Below are positions 49,732 through 59,178 of a stretch of DNA of 64,000 nucleotides, piece by piece. The stretch covers positions 464,245-528,244 of the forward strand of contig CAVOGH010000004.1 in assembly GCA_963695185.1 (NCBI GenBank). Reading direction: 5' to 3'. Position numbers and translations under genes: made by a program. Under the pieces are notes generated by a model, which saw nothing but the letters and a program-made list of their open reading frames with translations, had not been told where the DNA came from and made no database searches. Positions within the stretch are counted from its first letter, which is position 1. Each line of letters begins with the position of its first letter. Source of the DNA: an uncultured Gemmatimonadales bacterium (GTDB lineage: Bacteria > Gemmatimonadota > Gemmatimonadetes > Gemmatimonadales > GWC2-71-9).

Positions 49732-49852
49732 CGGCGTACTTCTCCGCCGCTTCCAGCCACTGACTGACACCCGGCCGCCGCCGGGGTGTTCCGCGTCCGG
49801 GACACCTCCGCGTCGCCGACCACTCTCAATTCCAATGCGCAGGAGCAATCTC

Positions 49853-50257
49853 ATGTTTCGACGTCATGCCGTCCTTCTTCTTGGCGCCTTTCTCACGGTC
49901 GCGGCGTGCAGCAGCGAGGAGTCGAATGCGCCGCACAGCCATACCCCCGAGAGCGTCAAGGTGTTCGATGGCGCCAACGAACTGACCGAGCCCTTCCAGC
50001 TCCAGGCCGCCCAGACGATCCGGGTCGAGGTGAAGCTGTACAACGACCACGGCGAAGAGATCGTGCTGGACGACCATCACGTGGTGGGAGTGACCTTCGC
50101 ACCCGCCAACCTGGCCACGGTCGCCGCCGTGGCGGGTGAGTCGACCCAGTTCGACGTCACCGGCGGCACCGCGGGCAGCGGCACGGCCACGGTGGGCTGG
50201 GGCCACGATGCCCCGGACGAACTCACCTTCGCGTTCGACGTGGACGTGGCGCCATGA
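49853..50257 (+). CDS. Hypothetical lipoprotein upstream of the TonB-dependent receptor
   Basis: AGGAG precedes ATG 49853. Lipobox LTVAAC. Beta-rich and His-rich (HSH, DHGEE, DDHH). Confidence 0.6.
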   Translation: MFRRHAVLLLGAFLTVAACSSEESNAPHSHTPESVKVFDGANELTEPFQLQAAQTIRVEVKLYNDHGEEIVLDDHHVVGVTFAPANLATVAAVAGESTQFDVTGGTAGSGTATVGWGHDAPDELTFAFDVDVAP

Positions 50258-50300
50258 CGGCCATCCGGCGACTCGGCCACCAGCGTAACGGGACCGGATC

Positions 50301-52352
50301 GTGAACCATCGCAGCCGCTTTGCCGCGCTGCTGCCCCTGCTGCTGCCCGGCATGCTCGCCGGGCAGCAGCCGGACTCGGTGCCGGCCCCGGTGCAGTTGC
50401 GGACCATCGAGGTCACCGCGACGCCACTGCCGCAGACGCCGTCGGAGGCTCTGAGCATCAACGTCAGCGCCCAGGTGGTCCAGCGCGCGCCGGCCAGCAA
50501 CGCGTACGACCTGATCCGGCGCACCGCCGGGATTGAGGTGCACGAGCAGGGACAGGGACCGGGCTGGGCCTCGGATGTGGTGCTCCGGGGATTCACCTCC
50601 GATCACTCCTCCGACGTGCTGCTCACCATGGATGGGGTCCCCATCAACCTGCCGATCCACGGCCATGTCGAGGGCTACGCCGACTGGAGCATCCTGTCGG
50701 TGCCGGCGGTAAGCGCTATTTCCGTGATCCCCGGCTCGGCCAGCCCGCTGTATGGCAACTTCGCCTTCGGCGGCGTGGTGGCGGTGGAGACGGCGCGCGA
50801 TGCGAAGGGGACGCTGGTCTCCACCGGTGCCTCGAGCCACGGCGACGTCAACGGCTGGCTTCGCAGCGGCTGGCGCGCGGAGCGCTCCGGCGGGATGGTC
50901 ACCCTCGAGGGCCGGCGGGACCAGGGATGGCGCGACAACTCGGGGGGGTGGCTGGGCAATGGACTCTTCCGCGGCTGGCGGCGCGTCGGAACGGCCCGGC
51001 TGGAAGGCTCGCTGGCGGCGTACGGCTCCTCCTGGAACTCACCCGGGTTCCTGAGCGTGGCGGACTACAACGCCGGCCGGCTGGAGCGGGCCCAGGATCC
51101 CAGCGACGGCGGCACCGCCCAGCGCTACATCGGCCGGGTGGCGCTCAGCGCACCGGTGGGCGCGGCCTCGGCGCTGGAGGCACAGGTGTGGGGGCAGGTG
51201 GGGCGCTCCACCGTGTTCCTGAACATCCCGGAAGACAATGTCCTGGCGCAGCAGGAGGAACGGGACCGCCGCACTGCGGTGGGAATGCAGGCGATCCTCA
51301 GCACGCCGACCAGCTCGGGGGAGGTGAGTCTCGGGGTGAGCGGCCGGGCCGACGCGGGCCGTTACGATCTCTACGCCACCGCCTCGCGGGAGCGCGGTGA
51401 CACCACCCAGAGCACCGACGGACGCTACCGCGAGGGCGCGGCGTGGCTCCGGTGGCAGAGCCCACCCGCCCGCCGGCTGCAGCTGGACCTGGCCCTCCGC
51501 GCCGACGTGGTGCACTTCGGGAGCCGGGACCGGCTGGACCCGCTGGGGAACTTCCGGCGCCACACCACCGGCCTGCTGAGCCCCAAGGCCGGGGCACGCT
51601 ACTCCCTGTCCGGCAATGTCTCGCTGTTAGGCTCGTTCAGCCGGGGGTTCCGGAGCGCGATCGGCGTCATTGCCGATCCCGGCCGGGCGCTGGTGACGGT
51701 GTGGTCGAGCGATGCCGGGGTGGAGTGGCGGGGTGAGGACGCCGAGATCCGCCTGGTCGCGTTTCAGAGCGACGTCCGGAACGAACGCATTCAGGATCCT
51801 GTCACTCTGGACCTCACCGATGCCGGCAGGAGCCGGCGCCGGGGGCTCACGGTAGACCTCGGATACCGTCCGGCGCCCCGGGTGCACCTCATGGCCGAGG
51901 CCACCTACAACGACGCCCGCATCACCGGCGTGGCGGGTGGTGGCGGCTCGGCCTTGCTCGCCGGGCTCCGCGACACCGAGGAGCTTCCGCTCTTCCCGGG
52001 GCCCAAGGCACATCATGAGGTCCCGCTCACGCCCGGGGCGCGGGTGCCGGGCGTGGCCCGCTACTTCGGGCGGGTCGGGGCGGAGGCCACCTTGAGGCGG
52101 AATCTCGAGGGGCGGCTGGCCTCGCGCTTCTCCGGGCCGTTCGTGCCGATCGGCGAGCCCGATGCAGAAACCCGGGCGTATCTGCTCTTCGACGCCGGCC
52201 TGTCACTACGGCTGCCGGGGCTGGGCGGGACGCTGGACGCGGATCTGCTCAACCTGGCCGACTCGCGCTACCCGGAGATCCGCGCGTCAGGCTACATCAA
52301 TCCGGGCCTGCCCCGGACGGTGCGGATTGGGTTCAGGACCGGTAACAGATAG
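50301..52352 (+). CDS. TonB-dependent outer-membrane receptor
   Basis: Signal peptide and plug-domain blocks (DLIRRTAGIEV, VVLRGF, DGVPIN, SASPLYG), followed by a long beta-barrel. Confidence 0.9.
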   Translation: MNHRSRFAALLPLLLPGMLAGQQPDSVPAPVQLRTIEVTATPLPQTPSEALSINVSAQVVQRAPASNAYDLIRRTAGIEVHEQGQGPGWASDVVLRGFTSDHSSDVLLTMDGVPINLPIHGHVEGYADWSILSVPAVSAISVIPGSASPLYGNFAFGGVVAVETARDAKGTLVSTGASSHGDVNGWLRSGWRAERSGGMVTLEGRRDQGWRDNSGGWLGNGLFRGWRRVGTARLEGSLAAYGSSWNSPGFLSVADYNAGRLERAQDPSDGGTAQRYIGRVALSAPVGAASALEAQVWGQVGRSTVFLNIPEDNVLAQQEERDRRTAVGMQAILSTPTSSGEVSLGVSGRADAGRYDLYATASRERGDTTQSTDGRYREGAAWLRWQSPPARRLQLDLALRADVVHFGSRDRLDPLGNFRRHTTGLLSPKAGARYSLSGNVSLLGSFSRGFRSAIGVIADPGRALVTVWSSDAGVEWRGEDAEIRLVAFQSDVRNERIQDPVTLDLTDAGRSRRRGLTVDLGYRPAPRVHLMAEATYNDARITGVAGGGGSALLAGLRDTEELPLFPGPKAHHEVPLTPGARVPGVARYFGRVGAEATLRRNLEGRLASRFSGPFVPIGEPDAETRAYLLFDAGLSLRLPGLGGTLDADLLNLADSRYPEIRASGYINPGLPRTVRIGFRTGNR

Positions 52353-52421
52353 GGCCGGGGCGACTGGCCCCGGCCCTCTCCGTGCTTCAGGTGGCGCGAG
52401 AACGTCCGCCGCACCGGCCGT

Positions 52422-53262
52422 CTAGGCTTCTGCCCCCGTCAGCTTTCGCAGCCCGAACGCGGCCAGCAGCAGCAGCCCGAACACGCACACGATCAGTGGG
52501 CCGGTCGGCAGGTCATACCTGAACGAGAGCCACAGCCCGCCCGCCGAGGCGAGCACGCCGGCCAGCCAGGAGTAGGCCGCCAGGCGAGAATGGTCGCGGG
52601 TAAACTGAAAGGCGATCGCCGCCGGCACCACCAGGAAGGAGAAGACCAGCAGCACTCCCACGATCGGCACCGAGAAGGTGATCACGATCCCGAAGGAGAG
52701 ATAGAACCAGAAATCCCACCAGCGGAGCCTCCAGCCCTTCGCCTCCGCTTCCGCCGGCTCGAAGGAGATGGTCAGGAACCGCCGTCCGGAGCAGCCAGTG
52801 GAACACCCCCACGATCGCGTAGACCACCGCCAGCCGGACGATGGCCGGCCACCCGACCCACAGCAGGCTGCCCACCAGGATGTCCTTGATGGCCTCGCCG
52901 CCGCGGGGCGCCTTGTCGGCCACGAGGATCGCGGCGGCGGACGCCACGACGAAGACGATGCCGATGATCGCCTCCTGCGGCACCCGGCCCTTGCCGTGGT
53001 CGCTCCGGGTGAGCGCGAACAGCGCCGCGCCGAGGGTGGTGAAGCCGAGGGCGTAGACGAAGGAGCGGGCCGAGTCGGGCTCGGCACCGGCGAAGATCGC
53101 GACCGTCGAGCCCAGCGCCGCCATCTGCGCCAGCGAGAGGTCCACGAAGATCACTTCCCGCGCGATGATGTGCAGGCCGAGGTAGCTGTGGATGGCCACG
53201 ATGAGCATGCACGCCACCAGCGGCGCCAGCCAGAGGCTCTGCAGCAATTGGTCCAGCATCAC
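52422..53262 (-). pseudogene. ABC-3 (ZnuB/TroCD-like) metal transporter permease, frame broken mid-gene
   Basis: The N-terminal ~160 aa are in ORF 52513..53262 (to ...VGVFHWLLR). The C-terminal half (RRFLTISFEPAEAEAKG... to the end) is in ORF 52422..53087. The frames cross at ~52775-52795. Confidence 0.75.
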
Positions 53263-54288
53263 CGGGCTCCCGTCTGGAAGCCGGCAGCGAGGCCGTTGAC
53301 CCAGCTGTTCATCAGGTCAAAGTAGGTCTCGACCCCGGGCGCGCCATGGGTATTCTCCGCCACCACCACCGCCCGGGCCCCGGTCTTGGCGGCCACCTGC
53401 TGAATCTGGTTCCGGTCGAAGTAATTCGAGGCGAAGAGGACCGGGATCTTCCTCTGCTTGATCATGGCGATGACCTCCTCGACGTGCCGTGGGCGTCGGC
53501 GGGATGCCCGGCTTGGCCTCGATATACCCCGCGCAGGTGACGCCGAAGCGATTGCTGAAGTAGGCCCACTCCTTGTGGTAGCAGGCCATCTCCCGGCCAC
53601 GGAACGCCTCGGCGGTCTTGAGCCAGCCGGTCAGGCGGTCGGTCAGCGGCCTGTCCTGGTACGTGTTGCGGGCCAGGAAGTCGAGCAGCTGGTTGGTGGA
53701 GAGCAGCCGGTAGGCCGCGGCTGGCGTGAGGATCCGGACCAGCTCGGCGCCCATCGTGGCCTCGAGGATGCGGCGCTCGAAGTCCTGTTCCCGCTGGGTG
53801 AAGTACTCCGCGCTGGCCGGCTGCACCCGCTTGAGCCCGGTGAGGATGTTCCGCGCGATGATGATTGCGTTCACCGGGTCGGTGTGAATGTGGGGGTTGC
53901 CGTCGGCGTGGATATCGCCCTGGGAGCGGTCCACCGAGGTGGGGATCTCGAGCAGGGTGACGCCGGTGTACGCGGTCACGTAGCCGGGGCCGCCCTCGGA
54001 AACCTTGCGGTTGCCGGCCCGGTCGAGCAGCGGCGGCACCCACAACTCGAGATCCAGCCCCGTGGTAACGAACATGTCGGCGTCCCGGAGCAGGGCGACG
54101 AAGCTGGGCTTGGGCTGGACGAAGTGCGGATCCTCGTCGCCGTGGGCAATCGAAGTCACAGTGCCCCGGTCTCCCGCGATCTCGCGGGCGATGGCGCCGT
54201 AGGTGGTGAGGCTGGTGACGATCTTCACCGGGGCTGGAGCCTGGAGGCCGGGAGTGAGCACGGCCAGGGCAAGGGTGAGCAGGAGCAT
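53259..54288 (-). pseudogene. ZnuA/TroA-like metal-binding periplasmic protein, frame broken near the 3' end
   Basis: ATG 54288. GDEDPHFVQPKP and DGNPHIHTDP blocks are in ORF 53317..54486. The C-terminal HVEEVIAMIKQRKIPVLFASNYF... is in ORF 53259..53600. The frames cross at ~53483-53500. Confidence 0.75.
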
Positions 54289-54289
54289 G

Positions 54290-55666
54290 TCAGTAGGTCT
54301 CGTGCTTGTGCGGCCCCATGGCGAACACCGCCTGGAGGAGCAGCAGGTTGCGATTGCCGGCCATCGAGTCGTGATGATGCTGCCCCTCGAGGCGCAGGTA
54401 CACGAACTCGCTCTGCCAGAAGGTGAGCGTGGGGCTGAGCTGCCACTCGGTGGAGTAGGCGCCACGCGGCGACTCCAGCCAGTCACCCCGGACCCCTAGT
54501 ACCCAGCGCCGGGAGGCGCGGTAGGTAAGCCCCGCAAAGCCGCCGTAGCGGTCGGACTTCACCCCCGCCTGGTCGGCGTGCAGCCGATAACCCTCGGCGC
54601 GGAAGGTGAGTTCCTGGCGGGTTCCCGCCTGCGGTGGGCGCCAGGTGATGCGGAAGTCCACCCCGGCCAGCCGGCTGGACAGGGCGCTGTCGGCGTTGTT
54701 GCCGCCGATGCCGGTGACGCCGAGCTGGGCGTAGGTGCTGCGGGAGAGCTGCCAGAAGTTCTGCAGTCGGGCCAGCACCGTCGGCTGGCGCCCGCCGGCG
54801 TAGAGCGGGTCGCTCTCGGCGGTGGTGCCCTGCAGGGTGAGTTCGTGGGTGCCGCCGGCCAGCGAGATGGGCAGCGCCGTGTACAGGGAAACGCCGGTGC
54901 CCCCCAGGCCTTCCGGGCTCAGGTAGCGCTGGTACACCAGCGGGTACTCCGATTCCGGCAGGGCGTGCAGGTGCCAGCGGTTGAGGTCGCCCACCGACTG
55001 GCGGATCTTGCCGAGGTCCAGCCGGAGCCGCCCCGGCAGTCCGGTCCAGGTGACGTAGCCCTCCTCGATGCCGATCTCCTCGTCCTCGAAGGCCAGGTAG
55101 ATCTTGGCGGACGAATACGGATCGAGCGTGGACTGGATCGCCACCTCGAACTCCCGGGCCACGCCGTTGTCCCGCTGGGGCGATTCGTCCCGCGCATGGA
55201 TCCGGATGTCGCCGGTGGCGCTGATATCGGGGTTGAGGATGGAGGCGTTCCGCTGCCGGCCGATGAAAACCGGATCGGCGGCCGAGGTGTCGGGCGATGC
55301 CGCTCCCGCCGGCCCACCGGCGGCCTCGGCGGCCGCCTGACGGAGCGCCTCGAGTTCGTCCACGGGGCCGGCGGGTGGAGCCGGAGCAGGTGCCGGGGCG
55401 CCGGCGCCCGCCGGGCAGCGGGTGGCGATCAGCCGCTCGAGGCGGCGGGAAAGCTCCGCCACGGCCACCGTGGCGGAGTCGGTACCGGCGGGGACCCGAA
55501 CGGCGGGGCCGATGGGGCAAGCCCCGCGCTCCAGGCTGTCGAGTCGGACGGTGAGTGCGGCGACGGCTCGACCGAGACTGTCGGCCCGCTCCTGGGCGGC
55601 CGCCGCAGTGACGGTAAGCAGGAAGAGGCAGCCCGTGATGAGGGCTGTGGGACACGATGTATGCAT
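54290..55666 (-). CDS. Outer-membrane porin-like beta-barrel protein with N-terminal coiled coil
   Basis: ATG 55666 follows GGGAGA. Signal peptide and alternating beta-strand pattern. C-terminus ...LQAVFAMGPHKHETY ends in an aromatic residue. Confidence 0.6.
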   Translation of the reverse strand: MHTSCPTALITGCLFLLTVTAAAAQERADSLGRAVAALTVRLDSLERGACPIGPAVRVPAGTDSATVAVAELSRRLERLIATRCPAGAGAPAPAPAPPAGPVDELEALRQAAAEAAGGPAGAASPDTSAADPVFIGRQRNASILNPDISATGDIRIHARDESPQRDNGVAREFEVAIQSTLDPYSSAKIYLAFEDEEIGIEEGYVTWTGLPGRLRLDLGKIRQSVGDLNRWHLHALPESEYPLVYQRYLSPEGLGGTGVSLYTALPISLAGGTHELTLQGTTAESDPLYAGGRQPTVLARLQNFWQLSRSTYAQLGVTGIGGNNADSALSSRLAGVDFRITWRPPQAGTRQELTFRAEGYRLHADQAGVKSDRYGGFAGLTYRASRRWVLGVRGDWLESPRGAYSTEWQLSPTLTFWQSEFVYLRLEGQHHHDSMAGNRNLLLLQAVFAMGPHKHETY

Positions 55667-55739
55667 TTTTCTCCCAACGACTTGGGTGCCCGGGCAAGGC
55701 ACGTTGTTCAGAACCGGATTAGTGGGGTGCGACTGCGGT

Positions 55740-56078
55740 TCAGGCGCTGGGAGGTGCGCGGGAGAGCTGGCTGGAGGTGGGGGTTGCCGGGATGGTCGCC
55801 GGCTGGGGGGTGAAACGGGAGACGGCTTCCGGAACGGCCGGCGTGGGGACCGCCGTGGGCCGGCCCGCGAGGCTCCGCTCGGCGGGGACGGCGTGGTTGA
55901 GCTGGCAGACCTGGACGTGGGTCCGGGCCGACCCCTCCTGGCTCAGGACCCGCTCGGCGGGGGTGCGGTTGCCGGGATTGGAGTGGAAGACCACGGCGTC
56001 GAACAACGGCAATCCGACTCCCCCGCCCAGAAGGGCGAGCAGGAGCAGGATGGCTGATGCTCGGACACGGCTAGTCAT
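55740..56078 (-). CDS. Hypothetical small membrane-anchored protein with His/Cys motif
   Basis: ATG 56078. TM helix SAILLLLALLGGGVGL, then DAVVFH...HVQVCQLNH and a Pro/Thr-rich tail. Confidence 0.45.
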   Translation of the reverse strand: MTSRVRASAILLLLALLGGGVGLPLFDAVVFHSNPGNRTPAERVLSQEGSARTHVQVCQLNHAVPAERSLAGRPTAVPTPAVPEAVSRFTPQPATIPATPTSSQLSRAPPSA

Positions 56079-56100
56079 GACCCCAAAGCTACCGCCCCGC

Positions 56101-56129
56101 TTGACCGGCAGGAAGTCTGGTCGCAATAT
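56101..56129 (+). promoter_or_regulatory. Putative sigma70-type promoter for the lipoprotein gene
   Basis: TTGACC, a 17-nt spacer, then CAATAT, ending 27 nt upstream of the ATG at 56157. Confidence 0.3.
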
Positions 56130-56156
56130 GTAGGGCCCCGTTCCCGGACGAACCCC

Positions 56157-56606
56157 ATGCGGTATGGTAGTCTTTCCTTGATGGCCCTACTGGCGGCGGC
56201 CTGTGCCGGTGGCGAGACCACCTCGCCCAAGCCGCTCACCCTGAGCGGTACCTGGCAGCAGAGCGCCCACCTCGTTGATGAGGCGAACCAGGAATCACAC
56301 GCCCACCTCGGCACCTTCGCGCTGGTGCAAAGTGGGGAGAGCTTCGACGGAACTGGAGAGCAGAGCGGACTCTGCTCCACCGCCACCACCCACTACACCG
56401 GGCCCCTCGCGGACGAGACGCCGTTTACCATCACCGGCGGAACCATCGTCGGCCGGACGGTGAGTTTCCAGCGGGATATCTGCCAATACACCGGCACCTT
56501 TGTGGCCGGTCGGGATGATCGTATTACCGGCACCGCCACCTGCTCGTACAGCGCCAACGGCAAGACTCATCAGTTCAGCGGAGGCTGGCAGGCAGACCGG
56601 AGGTAG
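56157..56606 (+). CDS. Hypothetical lipoprotein
   Basis: Lipobox LLAAAC. Beta-rich, 149 aa. Confidence 0.55.
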   Translation: MRYGSLSLMALLAAACAGGETTSPKPLTLSGTWQQSAHLVDEANQESHAHLGTFALVQSGESFDGTGEQSGLCSTATTHYTGPLADETPFTITGGTIVGRTVSFQRDICQYTGTFVAGRDDRITGTATCSYSANGKTHQFSGGWQADRR

Positions 56607-56702
56607 GCGGACAGCCACGTCGTGGCGGGAGGGGCAGGGGCGAGATCGCGAGATCTCGCCCCTTCTTGCTTTCGCGGCGGCTGCGCGTCGTGATCCTCGG
56701 CC

Positions 56703-56725
56703 GGCGATCCCGACCAATCGCCTAG
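56703..56725. repeat. Octamer-family repeat copy (complement of CTAGGCGATTGGTCGGGATCGCC)
   Basis: GGCGATCCCGACCAATCGCCTAG read directly at the 3' end of the OMP gene. Confidence 0.6.
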
Positions 56726-57351
56726 AACGGCACCGATACCGACACCGAGTAGGTCCGGTTGCGCACGTCGCCGGCATCGCTCACGGAGCGGAGCCCCCGG
56801 ACCAGCATGGCCTGGATCGAGAGTTCGCTCCGCTCCACCGGGAGCGCGAAGCCGGCGCCCGCCACCACGGCGAAGTCCCACTTCCGGAAATTCGCCCCGG
56901 AGGCTTCGCTGCAGGACTGCCGGGTGAATGGGACTCCAGTTTGCTGGATCTCCACGTTGCAGCCGATGCGGAACGCCGCGGCGCCACCACCAAGTACCAG
57001 CAGACGGGTGCCTAATGGGCCCGGTAGACGGGCCCGGAACACCAGCGGCAGGTCGAGGTAGACCAGGTCCACCTCGAGCCGGCCGGTGCCGGAGGTGGTG
57101 GTGAACGCCGCGGCGCCACCCCGGCTGGCGAGCATGATGCCGGGCTGGACCGCGAGAGCTTCCACCAAAGGGAAGCGGAACCAGGCGCCGGCGATGGCTC
57201 CGTCGCGCTGCTTCACTCCTCTGGCGTCGGCGCCGGTGAAATCGGCCCGGCTGTAACCCAGCTCGACGCCGAGACTGGGAGCCGCCTGGGCGCTGGCGCC
57301 TGACGGGAGGAGAAGGAGCCCGGCCGCCCAAAGCCACTGGTGAGAGCTCAC
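56722..57351 (-). CDS. Outer-membrane beta-barrel protein (small OmpA-like/OMP_b-brl family)
   Basis: Signal peptide ending SAQA, alternating hydrophobic strands and a terminal ...SVSVPF. Confidence 0.75.
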   Translation of the reverse strand: MSSHQWLWAAGLLLLPSGASAQAAPSLGVELGYSRADFTGADARGVKQRDGAIAGAWFRFPLVEALAVQPGIMLASRGGAAAFTTTSGTGRLEVDLVYLDLPLVFRARLPGPLGTRLLVLGGGAAAFRIGCNVEIQQTGVPFTRQSCSEASGANFRKWDFAVVAGAGFALPVERSELSIQAMLVRGLRSVSDAGDVRNRTYSVSVSVPF

Positions 57352-58916
57352 GCGGGCTGCGGCTCCGCGCTCTGGACCGGCCGCTCGGTCTCGGCGCTGG
57401 TGGCTGGGCGCCGGAGCGGCCCCTCAGATGGGAGGATGAACCAGAAGCTGGAACCCGCACCGTACACCGATTCGCAGCCGATCGTCCCGCCGTGCATCTC
57501 CACCAGCCGCTTGGACAGCGCCAGCCCCAGGCCGGTCCCCTGCGCCTGCCGGCTGGCGGAGCTGTCCACCTGGGAAAACTCCTTGAAGAGCTTGGCCACG
57601 TCCTCGTTGCGGACGCCGATGCCGGTATCCCGGATGGAGATCCACACCGCGTCGCGCGATACCAGCCGGGGACTCTCGCCGGCGCGGTCCGAGGGGAAGG
57701 GCAGTGGCGCGCGAGTGGCGATGCCGCTCACGGTGACCTGACCGTCCTCCGGGGTGAACTTGGAGGCGTTGGAGAGCAGGTTGAAGAGAATTTGCCGGAG
57801 CCGGGTGCCGTCGGCGACGATGAGCAGCGGCCCCTCGCCCAACTCCAGCTTGCAGTCCTGCCGCTTGGCCGAGCGGAGCGGGGCGGTATCGGTGACCGCG
57901 CCGAGGATGATCTCCCGCAGGTCGGTGGGGGTGAGCGACAGGGTCATCCGCCCCGCCTCGATCTTGGAGAGGTCCAGGACGCTGTTGATGAGGCCGAGCA
58001 GGTGCTGGCCGTTGCGGAGAATGGAATCGAGGAACTCCCGTTGGGCCTCGTTCAGCCCGCCCAGCTCCTCGGTGAGCAACAGGTCGGAGAAGCCGTTGAT
58101 GGCGTTGAGCGGCGTGCGCAGTTCGTGAGACATGTTGGCCAGGAACTGGCTCTTGAGTTCGGTGGCCCGCTGCAGCTCCCGGTTCTTGGTGGCGAGGACC
58201 TCTTCCTTGCGCCGGCTCTCGTCGAGGACATGGGCTCGGTCCAGGCCGAGGATCACCTGGTCCCCCAGCATGGAGATGAGCCGCAGATCCGAGTCGCTGA
58301 ACGGCTGGCCGTCCTTCCGGTTGAACGCAGTGAGGACACCGATCACCATGCCGGCGGCGCGGAGGGGGACGGCGGCCAGAGAGGTGAGCGGCAGACCCGG
58401 CACGGGGTAATTCCGGGGGTCGGCGTTCATGTCAGGCACGGTGACGCCGGTCTCCTCTGTCACCACCCAGCCCAGCAGGGAGTGGTCCACCGGCACCAGT
58501 TGGTCGCGGGCCTGCGCGATGGGGCCGGACCCGGCCACGATGCGCACGAACCGGCCCTCCTCCACCACGAAGCCGACGGCAGCGCTCTCGCTGGCCAGGA
58601 GGTCGGCGGTGGCGTCGGTCACCACCCGGAGAATGTCGTCCAGCGGGTCGTCCGAGGCCAGCGCCACCGCCACTCGCTGGACCCAGGATCGCTCCCGGTC
58701 CCGCAGTGCCACATGGGCCTCCGCCGCCTCCTGGGCGGACTGGCTCAGCGCCAGCTCCCGCTGCAGCAGCGCCGCGCGGACCAGGAGCAGCACGATGCCC
58801 GCGATCAGCAGGACGGCGCCCCAGGTGTGGTCCCGAGTGAGCCCCCAGCCACCGGCCACCGCCAGCAGGCAGCCGATGAGGAGGTGCACGATGGGCAGGC
58901 GGGAGGGCACGCGCAT
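57348..58916 (-). CDS. Sensor histidine kinase with 2 TM helices and a GAF domain (orphan)
   Basis: H-box SHELRTPLN, N-box LLSNASKF, and DTGIGV and GTGLGLALS ATP-lid boxes. No response regulator gene is adjacent. Confidence 0.9.
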   Translation of the reverse strand: MRVPSRLPIVHLLIGCLLAVAGGWGLTRDHTWGAVLLIAGIVLLLVRAALLQRELALSQSAQEAAEAHVALRDRERSWVQRVAVALASDDPLDDILRVVTDATADLLASESAAVGFVVEEGRFVRIVAGSGPIAQARDQLVPVDHSLLGWVVTEETGVTVPDMNADPRNYPVPGLPLTSLAAVPLRAAGMVIGVLTAFNRKDGQPFSDSDLRLISMLGDQVILGLDRAHVLDESRRKEEVLATKNRELQRATELKSQFLANMSHELRTPLNAINGFSDLLLTEELGGLNEAQREFLDSILRNGQHLLGLINSVLDLSKIEAGRMTLSLTPTDLREIILGAVTDTAPLRSAKRQDCKLELGEGPLLIVADGTRLRQILFNLLSNASKFTPEDGQVTVSGIATRAPLPFPSDRAGESPRLVSRDAVWISIRDTGIGVRNEDVAKLFKEFSQVDSSASRQAQGTGLGLALSKRLVEMHGGTIGCESVYGAGSSFWFILPSEGPLRRPATSAETERPVQSAEPQPA

Positions 58917-58966
58917 TCCTTATAGCATCGGCGCGGGGCGGGGGGAATACAAGGGCGCGGCCGGGG

Positions 58967-59170
58967 TCAGGGCTCGGTGAGGATTTCGTGAAAGACGGTC
59001 TGCCCGTCCGCCAGCATCCGGCGGAGGTAGGGACGGCAGAGCCCGCAGCCGGCGCCGCAGCCGGTCTCCCGCATGAGGTCGTCCAGCGTCCAGCCCCCGG
59101 CCCGGGCCGCCGGGAGCAGGCGGGCGAAGGGGGTGTTCCGGCAGACGCACTGGGTAATGGTGAGGCCCAT
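58967..59170 (-). CDS. BFD-like [2Fe-2S]-binding protein
   Basis: 67 aa with the CxC...CGxxCGxC pattern (QCVC ... GCGAGCGLC). Confidence 0.75.
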   Translation of the reverse strand: MGLTITQCVCRNTPFARLLPAARAGGWTLDDLMRETGCGAGCGLCRPYLRRMLADGQTVFHEILTEP

Positions 59171-59178
59171 GCGCGCTG

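Noticed and set aside
49745-49800. GCCACTG 'B12-box'-like heptamer upstream of the lipoprotein/TonB-receptor genes, suggesting a cobalamin riboswitch.
   Set aside because: The other conserved cobalamin-riboswitch blocks (such as the GGTGAAA..CC region) are absent. The segment is better explained as a GC hairpin (ACACCCGG...CCGGGGTGT) downstream of the preceding ORF.
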